A stretch of DNA of 64,000 bases. Origin: Mayamaea pseudoterrestris (taxonomy: Eukaryota). Shown here in pieces: positions 31,314 to 45,700 of this stretch; within the stretch, counting starts at the first letter, position 1; each line of letters opens with the position of its first letter. The DNA lies in NCBI GenBank assembly GCA_027923505.1, contig BROI01000009.1, forward strand, positions 186,001 through 250,000. Direction: 5' to 3'. The notes under the pieces are model-generated. The model searched no databases. It worked only from the letters and a program-made list of their open reading frames with translations, and was not told the origin of the DNA. The position numbers and the translations under genes were made by a program.

Positions 31314-32456
31314 ATGAGCGGCTCGTGGCGTGGGCTCTACTTTGCAGCTCTGTTGTGCAACGCTTTATACGCGTCAAGCTTTGTTTCATTAGGTATTAGA
31401 AAGAGACGGTACTGTCCTGCTACAATTTACGAAACGTCAGACGAACATGATGCGCCGATGATCACGCGATCGAGCTTCATTGTCGCTTTCTTGACGTTGC
31501 CGTTTAGTGCTCAAGCTAATAGTGACAATTACAAACAATCGACGTCGTCGACAACATCCTCTTTCAATCGCGAAACCTTTCAAGAATCAGTTTCCGGCGC
31601 CATTGCCGGGTCGGTCTTGACTGTTGTCAAAAGCATCGTCAAATATCCACTCGACACGGCTACAGTGCGATTACAAATGCCTAATTCACAATACAGTCTG
31701 CAGCGTCCTGTAGAACTTCTGAAAGGAAGCTATAGGGGCGTTCTCATTCCGCTACTGGCTAATATTCCTGCTGGAGCAACCTTCTTTGGAGCGAAGGATG
31801 TCTGCAAAGCTATTTTAAAGCATGAGAAACCATTCATGTCCAAGTGGGTAGCAACCTGCCTTGCAGTGGGTGTGGCACAGCTTCCATATTGGATTGTTCG
31901 TAATCCAAGTGAAGTTGTCAAGACGAGACAGCAAAGCGGGGCAACAGGATTCGGCCAATGCGTTTCTGTGGCACAGGCCTATCAGAGCGTATACAATGAG
32001 ACAAACAGCTACGACGGATTTTTTGTCGGATATTGGGAGAATGTAATTTACGCATATCCCGCCGATGTCGTTAAGTTTGGTCTCTACGAAGCGATGACAG
32101 GCGGCGGAAGAGAAATGAGCGCCGCAGAAGGTGCGATTGCGGGAGCCTTTTCGACGGCCATAGCCCAATTCTTATGTACACCCCTAGATGTCGTGAGAAC
32201 GCGTGTCATGGTCAGAAGTGAGTCAAGTGCAATCAATACTTTGGGCTCTGTGGATGAGGGAAAGCAATCTTCTGCAACTTACATCCAAACCTTGTACAAA
32301 CTTGGACGCGACGAAGGCTGGGAGGGATTATTTGCCGGAGCTGCTCCCCGCGTTGTCAAGGCACTCATCAGTGGTGCCGTTCAGTTTGCTACATACGAGG
32401 AGACGAAGCAAGCCATTGAGTCTTTCTTTCGTCAGCAAATTAGTTACCGAACATAG
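31314..32456 (+). CDS. Mitochondrial carrier family protein (SAM-carrier-like) with plastid-type presequence
   Basis: Three Px[DE]xx[KR]x[RK]-type repeats (YPLDTATVR, NPSEVVKTR, TPLDVVRTR); signal peptide plus ASS-F. Confidence 0.85.
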   Translation: MSGSWRGLYFAALLCNALYASSFVSLGIRKRRYCPATIYETSDEHDAPMITRSSFIVAFLTLPFSAQANSDNYKQSTSSTTSSFNRETFQESVSGAIAGSVLTVVKSIVKYPLDTATVRLQMPNSQYSLQRPVELLKGSYRGVLIPLLANIPAGATFFGAKDVCKAILKHEKPFMSKWVATCLAVGVAQLPYWIVRNPSEVVKTRQQSGATGFGQCVSVAQAYQSVYNETNSYDGFFVGYWENVIYAYPADVVKFGLYEAMTGGGREMSAAEGAIAGAFSTAIAQFLCTPLDVVRTRVMVRSESSAINTLGSVDEGKQSSATYIQTLYKLGRDEGWEGLFAGAAPRVVKALISGAVQFATYEETKQAIESFFRQQISYRT

Positions 32457-32776
32457 CATCGTAACCCTAGGAGCGTATGGTACCATAGCAAGATCATCGC
32501 ATCCGAAATAGCGTTTGGCTGACAGTCAGTGAGATTTGGGAAGTTCAACTACCGATTACTCCTTTTAGCAGCCAACATGGCTAAGAGGTAGCAGCCGGTA
32601 TCATACGTCGACGTACCATCCAAATAATGATGTTGTGTCCATTGTAGTACCGGTATGACATTCATGTTGCGACGACTGAAGGATTCGAGACGCGGCGTTG
32701 AACGGGATCCCTGCCGAGAGGGGAGATTGCATACCCTCGTCTCTCCTTGTCTCGTGAATTGTCAAGGAGTTTCCAA

Positions 32777-35700
32777 ATGATGAAGAATACAAATGGAACT
32801 GATCAACAACCGAATAATTCGTTCGCACAGCGAAAAGTGCCGCCTCCGCCGCGCTATGCAGAATCGATGATCAACTTGGCTGTTCTTAATCCATCACGTC
32901 ATGGCTGGACTGCCGCTGGAAGCATGGCTGACCTTTCAGAGCCGCATGAGGTTGGTCAATTTGAGCTGTGTTGTAATCAAGGCATTTTGTTTCTGAAATT
33001 TTATCTTCCCGCCTCTTTTACTACGCAGCGAGCCAGGCGGAGATCTGTTAAGTCAATGTTCCTGCGCGAGCTTAAACGGAAACGGGACGCGTCCCATGGG
33101 CTTGACAATCCTTTACAGCACGCTCGACAATCGCAATCGACAGAAAGTTTGAATGAACAGCAAGAGGATTCAGCTGTTGGAGCAGCATTTTCAAAAACTG
33201 TTGCAGAACAATCACCATCGCATTTGATTATCAAAAGTCTAGGCGAAGAAATGAACACGAACACCGGCAACGCACGGATAGCCAATCTGAAAGCAATTAA
33301 CAATTCCATTTCTTTCAAGGCATGGCAGACGCATTCAAAAGTTCTGGACATTTATACTTATCATAGGGGTCGGGAAGGGCTGGAGTTGCGCGACGCCTCG
33401 AAGGGCGATTTGCTGTGCGATGTTCCATTTTCGGATACGAATCATACTCGCGACGATCTGGAAGCCTTGGTAGCGACCATTACGATTCAATTTCCACTTG
33501 ACAAACAACAAGAGTCACACGAAGAAGATAGTGATGATGACGATGGAGAATACAATGGTGCTTGTCGATACTACGTGGAGACGATTGATTGGGATCTGGA
33601 AGACGTCGAAAGTCCACCCCCTCCGATCTTTGCGGCTCACATCGCCGAACAATTTGGTTTGACACTTCAGGAGACGCTTCAGTTGACAGAATCAATACAG
33701 CAACAACTCTACGATTTTTTATCCGATCGGGCCACGTATTCCGTAGCACTGCCCACAAAAGATTGTCTTGATCAGAAACGAGATGTTCCCCCGTCTAATG
33801 TATTTGCATTATACGGTGATTTGCTTGGTGTTGTAGCTGGAGGAGCCTGCATACAAAAGCAGCAAACAAAGCGAAGGCTGACGAGACGTGCAAGCGCCAC
33901 CAGATTTTTATTGTGTGACGAAATTGGTCGGTCGACGACGGAAGCTGTTGAACCTTCCAGAGAGAAAGCAAATGTGTTACCCAAGGTCAAAGTAAGGCTT
34001 TTTTCCAACGGAACTTCCAAAGTTGACAACTCCTTACGCATAAACACTAAAGTTGAATCGAAATACGTTGACGACGTTAGGAGGCGTATGTCGCACGAGA
34101 AAACGGACATTTGTCGCGATTCAATTGGGAATGATGGTCAATTACAATTTGTTGCTCGAGGATTTTGCCACATTTGTCGAATCGATAAAGATGACAAGGT
34201 TGGGCTTTTTGCCTGTTGCTGCGCAAGGCATAGCATGTGTGAATCTCACTTGCTGCATTATCACGGACTGTCTATTCGCCAAGAACATGCTGCTAGCAAA
34301 CTCGAGTCGTGTCCAATATGCTCTTTAACGTGTCCTTGCAGCTGGTGCCGCGCACGTCTGGATCAAGCGGCTGCGATGTTGAGGCAATTGAGTCAAGTTC
34401 AAGAGACCTCAGTGACCAGCACACGCTTTGACAATTTGCCGGAGTTTGTAAAGGATTTAGAGAATCAGTTTGAGTGTGCCTTTAGATTACAAAGAAGCAA
34501 GTTTGGTATGGTGCGAGCTGCCGGCAAAGTTCCGCTCACAGAGTTTCCAAAAGAATGTTCTTGTGGAATAGACCTCTATCCTGCGACAGACATTGAATAC
34601 AAGTCAGTGTATACGGCGGATGGCTCGCGTGTACTTACAGACGATGAAATTGGCGCTGAGTATCTGTATGATGTCAAAGCGACCGCACCGTCACGTTTAG
34701 CTTCCGTGCCATCAACGAATCATGGCCAAGTACCTTTTGAAGACGGGAGTGTCGATCATTGTATCATATGCAAGGAATGCGGCGATATTCTTTGCTGCGA
34801 TAGCTGCCCTCGCGCCTACCATTCACAATGCATCGACGACGATGATGCTCCATCAGGGAATAAATGGGCTTGTCCAGCTTGCAGACGAGAAGCTTTGGGT
34901 ATCGTGGAAGAAAATGTGGACGGAATGAAATATCTAGATCAGCTTACAGCATCCTTTAACGGGAAAATCAAGTTCGACGAGGGCGACGTCGCAAAGGAGT
35001 TGAAAACGCTCAGCATGATCTATGAGATGGTTCAGTATCTGATCAAGTATGACTTTGGGCACATGTTCAGTGTCCCTGTGGATAATAAGGCAGTTCCTTT
35101 CTATTCATCTGTGGTAAACGAGCCTATGGATCTTGGCACGATATCCTGCAAGATCGTTGATGGTGGCTACGACATGCATATCGACAAGGCTTCGTTTGAC
35201 GACGTCATTATAAATGTTTTGAATGATATCAGCTTGGTTTGGCATAACTGCTTCCTTTTTAACTCTCCGGGTAGTGCCATATTTCGGATGGCGGAGGTCC
35301 AGCGTGCCGCAGCCGACAGGATACGGAAAATTAGTTTTGATGTATTGTTAAGCACCAAAGTTAAGGATGCTGTGCGCGATTTCAGAGAGTCAGGCGATAT
35401 CTATCGTCGTCAATTACAGCAGACAAGCGCCGCTTTTCGAAAGCAGCTGGAATCGAGGCGCACAATATTCCTAATACCGCGCGACGTCGCCAAGGGTAGG
35501 ACTGTTGCGGTGGTCGACCCCGACACGGATAGAATTGTAAAAATTTACGCAACTGTATCTTCGGCCATTGCTGCAGTCAATTTGTTCCTCGATCTCGACT
35601 ATCCTTGCGAATGGGATTTTGACAAAGGGGGAAATCATGATCAAAACGTTCGGCGAATTGTGAAAGAGAGCCGATCGCATTTCGAGTACAGGATCTTTGG

Positions 35701-35824
35701 TTATCGATGGCTGCATTTAGACGACCTAAAGAAGGGAAATGTTTGCTTTGCAACAACAACGCCTTCAAATTACCAAACAAATGAGATGCTTCTGGAAGAA
35801 CCAAAAGTGCAAGATGAGATGTGA
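32777..35824 (+). CDS. Chromatin protein: SNF5-like repeat, Cys-rich zinc finger, PHD finger and bromodomain
   Basis: ETIDWDL...PPIFAAHIAEQFGL...SIQQQL (SNF5-like); CHIC...CPICSLTCPCSWC; CIICKECGDILCCDSCPRAYHSQC...WACPAC (PHD); FSVPVD...YSSVVNEPMDLGTI...VWHNCFLFN (bromodomain). Confidence 0.85.
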   Translation: MMKNTNGTDQQPNNSFAQRKVPPPPRYAESMINLAVLNPSRHGWTAAGSMADLSEPHEVGQFELCCNQGILFLKFYLPASFTTQRARRRSVKSMFLRELKRKRDASHGLDNPLQHARQSQSTESLNEQQEDSAVGAAFSKTVAEQSPSHLIIKSLGEEMNTNTGNARIANLKAINNSISFKAWQTHSKVLDIYTYHRGREGLELRDASKGDLLCDVPFSDTNHTRDDLEALVATITIQFPLDKQQESHEEDSDDDDGEYNGACRYYVETIDWDLEDVESPPPPIFAAHIAEQFGLTLQETLQLTESIQQQLYDFLSDRATYSVALPTKDCLDQKRDVPPSNVFALYGDLLGVVAGGACIQKQQTKRRLTRRASATRFLLCDEIGRSTTEAVEPSREKANVLPKVKVRLFSNGTSKVDNSLRINTKVESKYVDDVRRRMSHEKTDICRDSIGNDGQLQFVARGFCHICRIDKDDKVGLFACCCARHSMCESHLLHYHGLSIRQEHAASKLESCPICSLTCPCSWCRARLDQAAAMLRQLSQVQETSVTSTRFDNLPEFVKDLENQFECAFRLQRSKFGMVRAAGKVPLTEFPKECSCGIDLYPATDIEYKSVYTADGSRVLTDDEIGAEYLYDVKATAPSRLASVPSTNHGQVPFEDGSVDHCIICKECGDILCCDSCPRAYHSQCIDDDDAPSGNKWACPACRREALGIVEENVDGMKYLDQLTASFNGKIKFDEGDVAKELKTLSMIYEMVQYLIKYDFGHMFSVPVDNKAVPFYSSVVNEPMDLGTISCKIVDGGYDMHIDKASFDDVIINVLNDISLVWHNCFLFNSPGSAIFRMAEVQRAAADRIRKISFDVLLSTKVKDAVRDFRESGDIYRRQLQQTSAAFRKQLESRRTIFLIPRDVAKGRTVAVVDPDTDRIVKIYATVSSAIAAVNLFLDLDYPCEWDFDKGGNHDQNVRRIVKESRSHFEYRIFGYRWLHLDDLKKGNVCFATTTPSNYQTNEMLLEEPKVQDEM

Positions 35825-36196
35825 CTCGGCCGAGCCGCTCATCCGTGAAATAGTCGATAGTCAACGGTGAACTCTACTAGTCGGCCTGTTCATATGCCCG
35901 CCAGGAGTAGTTAGCAAAAATTGCTTCGTGCACCAATGATACAGAGGCTATGCGGACACTAACGGTAAAGAATTCAAACACGGAAGGGAGCAAGTTCGTA
36001 GGCGGCCGCCTTTGCCGATGACGACGCCGTCACGTGGAAAGAAAAATTATTGCATCCGTCGAGTACAAAGTACAGCACGCGGAAGCGTGGTACAGGCCAT
36101 TAGTTAGTCAGACTGCCATTGGCAGCAACGCGAACGCGGATGTTGCCGAAGCTACAAACAGAGCTTTAATGGCATTTTTAACATTAAGTGATTTCT

Positions 36197-38119
<1,923 letters not shown>

Positions 38120-38260
38120 TCTTCGGACAAGAATGACAGGTTATTTCAATTACTGGAAGCAGAAGAAGAAGTTATGGTCGACAACGGCTTGGTCCGAGGT
38201 GCCCGACTTTCGTGGCCCTTGTCGACGAATTCAAATCCGAGTGATGTTCGTTGGTAAAAA

Positions 38261-38283
38261 TGACGTCAGTCAAGCGCTGACGC
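38261..38283. promoter_or_regulatory. CRE palindrome TGACGTCA plus TGACGC in the shared TPI-GapC3/GapC2 promoter
   Basis: tgacgtca at 38261-38268 and tgacgc at 38278-38283, near the middle of the 325-bp divergent gap. Confidence 0.45.
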
Positions 38284-38444
38284 ACCACCACTCAGTTTTG
38301 TTGGCGACTGTAGCACAAAGAGTAGAACCTTTGGATGACGATTGACGATGAACGAGCAACTTCCAGCACTGGAAAGAGCTCCTCGTCCGCACGATCATCA
38401 CACAAGCAAGCCGACAAGTCCATCGACAGCGTAGATTTGACAAC

Positions 38445-39633
<1,189 letters not shown>

Positions 39634-40059
39634 CGACTGGGTCACTGTAAAGCAGGCGATAAAGAGCCTTTGCTGTTTAACTCGTTAAATCTCGCCGCTC
39701 GTTTGCAGCTCATTTCTCTAGTAGTTACTTGGTCACGTACCATAGAGTCGTTGCACACATCGAACAGTGTTTCGCTTCGGCGTTAATCCACGCTCTTTCA
39801 TCAGCTTATAGCAGCGCCTGTACGAGTATCACAGTATACTTTATGTATTTGTGCTCACAACATAAATCATACTTGTACTCGTACAGTATACAAACCGCAT
39901 TTGGGACGAAGGAATTGGTGGTCATAAGCGGCACTGAAACATACTCGATGCGACAGGTGATGCTAATAGATTGTCGGTCGACGCCTGCACACAATCATTA
40001 TCTCTGCCAGCTTGATACCACTTGAATTGCTTTTCTCCATTGAGCGGGTATACTTGCCA

Positions 40060-40393
40060 ATGGCTCTCCGTCGTCCACCCACCCGTATTGAGTTAAAGAA
40101 CGATGACATCGAGGATTACGTCGAGGTGAGTAGGGGCGCAGAAAGCCGCCTGATAGTATGGAAGTATGGAAGTGGAAAGTTTCTGACGGCAAGCCTCACC
40201 GACGACTGACGACCATTTTTACGATGATGACTATTTGTTTCAAATCATACAGCTAAAAAACGAACGCATGCTGGCCGATAGCGACAAATCCCATGATGAT
40301 GCTTCTTTTCCGACCAAGCGAGGCGTCCGATGCATTCCCACTCCAAAACAGAGTGCTCAGAAGCAGCAACGCATTGGCATTACGCGGCGGTAG
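40060..40393 (+). CDS. CDC26: APC/C subunit CDC26 (APC12), 68 aa; exons 40060-40125 and 40253-40393
   Basis: N-terminus MALRRPPTRIELKNDDIEDY matches the CDC26 signature (MLRRxPTRLELxxDDIEE); GTGAGT...TACAG intron; C-terminal RIG. Confidence 0.85.
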
Positions 40394-40545
40394 AAGCGGA
40401 ATACTGTTCATTGGTATATTATGGATGGACAATAATGCAGTGTTCACCGCGTTGGTCTTTTACGACAGTCAACTGTGAGTTGTGGGCCTCCTCAACCAAC
40501 GCACCATGTAAACATGAAGCATCTACTCTAAAACGATTCCAAATG

Positions 40546-41116
40546 TTATTCTAGTTTAAAATCCGGTAAATTTAAGTCCACCGTAGATGGTAGCGCACTA
40601 GACATATCCGTAATAGAACCTGTTCCTGGAAATCTGAGGCTGCTGCCTAGCCAGCCAGATCCGTTTATGACGTTCATGGAAAGAAAGAATACGATAGCTC
40701 CAGCCAACACATATGTGAAAATGTTGATACCCAGAAGCTGCGCAACAGACAGCATAACATTTGTTAGACGTCGTACAAAACTCATATACGAGTACCAGTT
40801 AACGAGACTTGGAGCGCACCTGTTTCAAAATCTGCCACTCCGAAGGCTGTCCATGATCCATCTCACTCCATAATTCTTCCAACATGTCTTCACCATTTAT
40901 TTCAGTATAAAGTTCTTTTAATGAATTTGGCTGATCTTCATCATTGATGGCAAGGAAAAGGCTTGATGCGGCAGTGCGTTTATGTACGAGTAAGCTATGA
41001 CAATTATGCGTAGATATAGCTGACCCCCAAGTTCGTCTTGGGAACGACAGTGTTGGCATCAACATGCTTGCTACAGTTTGGGTAACTAATAGCTTTGTCG
41101 ATGCGGCAAATCGCAT
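40546..41116 (-). CDS. Small membrane protein of unknown function; exons 41116-40820 and 40737-40546
   Basis: GTGCGC...CGCAG intron joins QPSEWQILKQ|LLGINIFTYVLAGAIVFFLSMN (one TM helix); presequence-like N-terminus. Confidence 0.6.
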
Positions 41117-41330
41117 GGTCTCCAATTTCTCATCAAACATCAGAGGCGACGAGGCGACTGCTGCTGATTATGCCTGCTGAAATGATGGTGAAGATCCTAA
41201 ACCAGTGCGACGTCAAGCGCGACTCCCGTTCGAAACGCTGTCGCGGCACGACCACAAATTCTGCCGACCCTCCACTATAGCTACCGGTACACTTGGACAA
41301 GGGTTGCGTTGCCAAGAGGACGACTTTGCA

Positions 41331-42296
41331 ATGATATCAAACCGAACATCAATTTTATGGTTGCTTTCTCTGCTTGTTCTGAAGCTCGCCGAAGCCGAGG
41401 AGGCGCTAAACCGTGATGGGCTGTCGTCGCCCGTCGAACGTCAAGCAAATGATGCATTGGAGCCGAACGCTGTCGCTGATGTTACTGTCAAAACCGAGTT
41501 GCAGGAAAACGCAAGGGCTTCAACTATAGAGGCTTTACCGTCTGAGTCGTCATTCACTGCAGCAAAATCAGCGGAAATGTCGTCTTTCGAACATGTGAAC
41601 GAGGCTGGCAATTCGGACAGTACATCACAGAAGCAGCTACAGCAGACACCTCCACATCAAGCTGGTCCACTTATCGACTTACTTGGAATGCAATTGCTAA
41701 GTTTGGAAAGGATTGATGAGACACATGCGCAGCTGAAACCACACTTGACGAACGAAGTATTGCAAGGCAAGCAAGTGATTGGACTGTACTTTAGCGCCGA
41801 CTGGTGTGGACCTTGTAGACAATTTACTCCAGAACTAGTGACATTTTACGACAAAATTAATGCACGAAAAGGCAAGAAAAATCAGTTCCAGATTGTCTGG
41901 GTTAGCCGCTGTCGCGACATGGAATCATACGGCCAGTACTTTACCAAAATGCCAGGTTGGCTTGCGCTTCCTCCACAGGAAGCTCTGGGTGAACGCGGCA
42001 AGTGGTTAGCTGAAAAATACAAAGTAAAGGGCATTCCGTCTCTGGTTCTTGTCGACGACATGGGACAAGTTATTACGATGGACGCACGGAACAAAGTGCC
42101 TGCGGACCGCGCAGGGATTGGCTTTCCATGGCGAAACCCACTGGCCAACATCTACTTAGCACTTGTGCCTAGATCGGTACGTTTTATGATCAGAAGTCAA
42201 ATGGCTTTGGTCAAGGACAGTATGGTCGCCAAGCTTAAGAATGTCATTCAACCACTTCGAACTGCAAAAGTGGCGTCGGTGTTTGACAACAATTAA
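41331..42296 (+). CDS. Nucleoredoxin/tryparedoxin-like thioredoxin with signal peptide
   Basis: IGLYFSADWCGPCRQFTP, YKVKGIPSLV and GFPW motifs. Confidence 0.88.
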   Translation: MISNRTSILWLLSLLVLKLAEAEEALNRDGLSSPVERQANDALEPNAVADVTVKTELQENARASTIEALPSESSFTAAKSAEMSSFEHVNEAGNSDSTSQKQLQQTPPHQAGPLIDLLGMQLLSLERIDETHAQLKPHLTNEVLQGKQVIGLYFSADWCGPCRQFTPELVTFYDKINARKGKKNQFQIVWVSRCRDMESYGQYFTKMPGWLALPPQEALGERGKWLAEKYKVKGIPSLVLVDDMGQVITMDARNKVPADRAGIGFPWRNPLANIYLALVPRSVRFMIRSQMALVKDSMVAKLKNVIQPLRTAKVASVFDNN

Positions 42297-42557
42297 GCAT
42301 GGAAAAGTAGCTACCGTTTTTCAACTAATAACAGCAGTTACAAACGTATGAACACATAATTAAATCATCGCCAATGTGTTTATCACAATCGACAACACGA
42401 GCAGTTGTCAAAAAAGGGCAAAAACTTAAATTGGTTGCCGATCATAGGTACAGCCCCTTCAGTTGTAAAACAGAAAAGCAAGAGCGGAGTTGTGTATAAT
42501 ATGATGTATGTACGAAGACTCGAAACAACGCCTTCGGAGGCGAAAAGAATGAAAAAA

Positions 42558-42641
42558 TGCAACCGGCGCGATTTGAACGCGCGCGTTTTTACAAACACTG
42601 CAACTTGAGTGCAGCTCCTTAGACCACTCGGACACGGTTGC
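42558..42641 (-). tRNA. trnL-CAA: tRNA-Leu (CAA)
   Basis: Minus strand GCAACCG TG TCCGAGTGGTCTAAGGA G CTGCA-CTCAAGT-TGCAG, long variable arm, GCGCG-TTCAAAT-CGCGC, CGGTTGC A. Followed by a T6 Pol III terminator, with a TATA-rich tract ~25-37 nt upstream. Confidence 0.96.
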
Positions 42642-42788
42642 TACAGCGGTTTTGTCAAGAAAACTATATATTATAATATGAATCGCTAATTGATTTACCC
42701 GATGGGTGAGTCGTATGTTTTATGGTTGGTCTGCTTTTAACTCAACGCTTTCATTAAAGCATTCCAAAATACTATGTATAACGTAAAC

Positions 42789-45700
42789 TCATATATGCAT
42801 GCCGTGCCGACACTGAAGAAACTTTCTTGCGGCACGGTCGACTTCTTTCGTCGGCTTCCAAACGTGCATCGTACCTTTTCTCTCAGGTCGAGAAGCATAC
42901 ACATTGTTGATGTAGGCTGATGAGACAGCAGTGTGAAATACGTCATTCTCGGCCAGGATTAGTCGACGCCATGGATCAAGCTGTATACTGCTGCCCGACA
43001 CGTCGTTACATTGCTCGCGAAGCAATGTTCGCCGAGTGAAAAGGTCCTCTGTTGAACATTCATCGCTTGTGATCGCAGCGGCCACGTGCTCTAACCAACA
43101 TATCATGCGATTGAGATAGACAGCAGTCAAGTTGGTATATTCATCGACCGAAGGCACATTCCGCGGATAACACCAATCGACCAACCTCCCCACGTAGGAT
43201 GCGTCTACAGCTGCCGCCGGAAGAGTCGCCACTACTGTCGCACATCGATAGAATGCTTCCACCAGTTTGTCGTTGACTATATCATCTGCCAACGCCTTTC
43301 GCAAAATCATGCGCATTCCGCGTGCTGCTCTGCAAATAAGCAGTGGAGACAGTAATGGCTCCATGACATCGTTGCGATCATACTTTGGAGCATCGATTTC
43401 AGTCTCAAACATCATTCGTATGAGTTGTAGAATTTTGATCTTCTGCGCATCAGCTAGTAACGTTTTGTCCAATTTCGGTACAAGCATGTCCGAAATTGCT
43501 CGTCGCTTTAAGCGTCTCAGCAAAATTACTTCTTCCTGGGCCAACGGGTGATCCGTTCCAAAGCAATAGAGGTCTTCATATAGCGCAACTTGGAAAGGTG
43601 AAAGCTCCTTGAACGCCTTCAGGCTTTCATATGATCGGTAGTCATAAGCTCGAACAAATGACATGGGATCGTCTAATGAGAGCATGATGTCGATAAGTAC
43701 TTCCAAATTGAAGCGGCTACTGGAAAGCTGAGAGTGGCGGGCAACTTGAAGCACCAAAACCCGGGCATGCCGTATGATAAATGTGTTGAGTAAACCTATG
43801 AGAGGGTTGACAGCATTCGTCGCCTTTGGCCGTTTACATAAGTGAGACTTTACTCCTTGCTCACGTAAGATGAGGTCACAGTCGGCTATAATCTCCCGGA
43901 AGACGGCTTCGAAGTCGATCGATTCTCGTTTTAAAACCGGCACGATGAGGCAGACAAGCAAATTGTCCCACAATGCAGCGACCTGGTGATTGTCGTCATC
44001 GTGATGGCGTTCGAGAAGAAAACCGATAATAACAACAAGACCTTCACAAGCGCAGGATACGCCTTCGTGACATTTAGCGCCCTCAAATGTTTTGAAGTCA
44101 ATTGTGCGCATATTCCTCATCAGTTGAAGCAGACTGGCCATTATCGAAGCGAGTAGAGAAGGGACGAGATGCCTCACGCCTATACGATCTGAATAAATCA
44201 ACTTTCGCAAAAATACATGGCGTTTAAACCATTCGTGTTCCAGTGAGTCTGGGAGACAGGGATTATATAGCCCGACCAGGTCGTCATGCAGTCTAAGAAA
44301 CCACTTTTCAGAGCTGCCATAGTGATGTAGGACTCGACCAGTCGCCAAGATCTCATTCCAGAGCTCTAATGCTCTTTTCTTTTTACGTGCATGATTTTGC
44401 GAGCGGCCCAAATATTCCTTCAATGCAAGGTCTTTCCATTCTTCGCCGCCTTTCCTACCGAAATTAAAGAGGTGGCCGGATGGTAGTCTGTTTGTTAGGC
44501 GCGAGTCGCACAGTTGGTACATGAGATTGGTCAAGAAGAACTTGAAATGCCTCCTCACCAGCAGCGATATCCGCGCCGGCGATATTTCGCTTAGCTGGAT
44601 CAGCTCCGACCCAAAATGCACCAAAAACTTTCGCACATACACAATATCATCAACATTGACCGCAGTAGGGCAGTACCCTTTGAGCGACAAAAATAATTGT
44701 CCCACGCAATCGTCATCATCAGCTGCCGCCAGTAGAGCGAGAGATCGACAAATTTTCTGCATGTGTCGATCAATGGCGATTTTCGCAGCTGCGTTCGCCA
44801 GACCGTTAGTCAGGCTTGAAGAGCCTGTAACGTTGACAACATAACGAGTTGAAGGTTTTGCGTCCAAAACAGACTGAAGCAGCATGGTGTTTACGTCTGC
44901 TGGCGTATTATAACAAAAATTCGACAATTCTAAGTCCATGGCGACAAATGCATCGTCAGGTATGCCTCCAAAGACGTCTTCGTTGATAACATCGTGCAAG
45001 GTCAACACAGTTTTATTAATTTGAACAGATGACTGCCGATTGACATCCACACCGACACCAACAGTCTCACGAGGAGCACAACCATGCGTTTCCGAACGAA
45101 TTCTCAGCCACAGCAATAACAGCGTTTGAAGCATATAAAGAACGGACAAGATGCATAAATCAACATTCTCGTCGATGGTGTGAAGTGAGATCAAGCTGCG
45201 GAAGCAGTTTCCAAACGTCCTTATTCCCTGTTCAAACGTAGAATGCGACAGGCCGCGGACTGATAGTATCAAATGATTGTCGCTGCTTTCTCGACAATCG
45301 ACAAGCAGCTGTCGCATTCGGGTGGCAAGAATCCCCAAGGCCGCGCTGGTATTCGCAAGAATCGGCAATGTTTCCTGGCTGTAGCATAAACACTCTAAGC
45401 AAGAGTAGAGGCATGACAGCGCATAAGGCAAGGATTGTGAATCAGAAAGGGGTCCTGTATCAGACATACACGTGGTCGCCGAAACAAGAGGCATGTTCAG
45501 TACGTTCATATTCAGAAGTTGGCTGACCAAGACTATAAGGGCTTTGGAAGTGATACACAATAGTAGCGGATCACTGCAGTGGCCTGAAGCTGAGAATGTC
45601 GACATCGGCTCACCAAATTTAAAGCTGACTCGGCGTCCCTTCATAGTTTCATCTGCAAGCATGTCCCATATCTCCTCGCAGAAAGCCAAAGTGAAGCAGG

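Noticed and set aside
32626..32680. ATGATGT...CTGA as a second C/D snoRNA
   Set aside because: Imperfect C box, too short, no terminal stem and no convincing rRNA guide.
35825..36196. Coding-like sequence after the bromodomain gene stop
   Set aside because: Stops interrupt the frames I read, and I found no convincing splice sites or motif.
42528..42542. CGCCT-TCGG-AGGCG hairpin next to an A/T run, like a bacterial intrinsic terminator
   Set aside because: It lies downstream of the tRNA's own T6 Pol III terminator in a nuclear genome; probably incidental.
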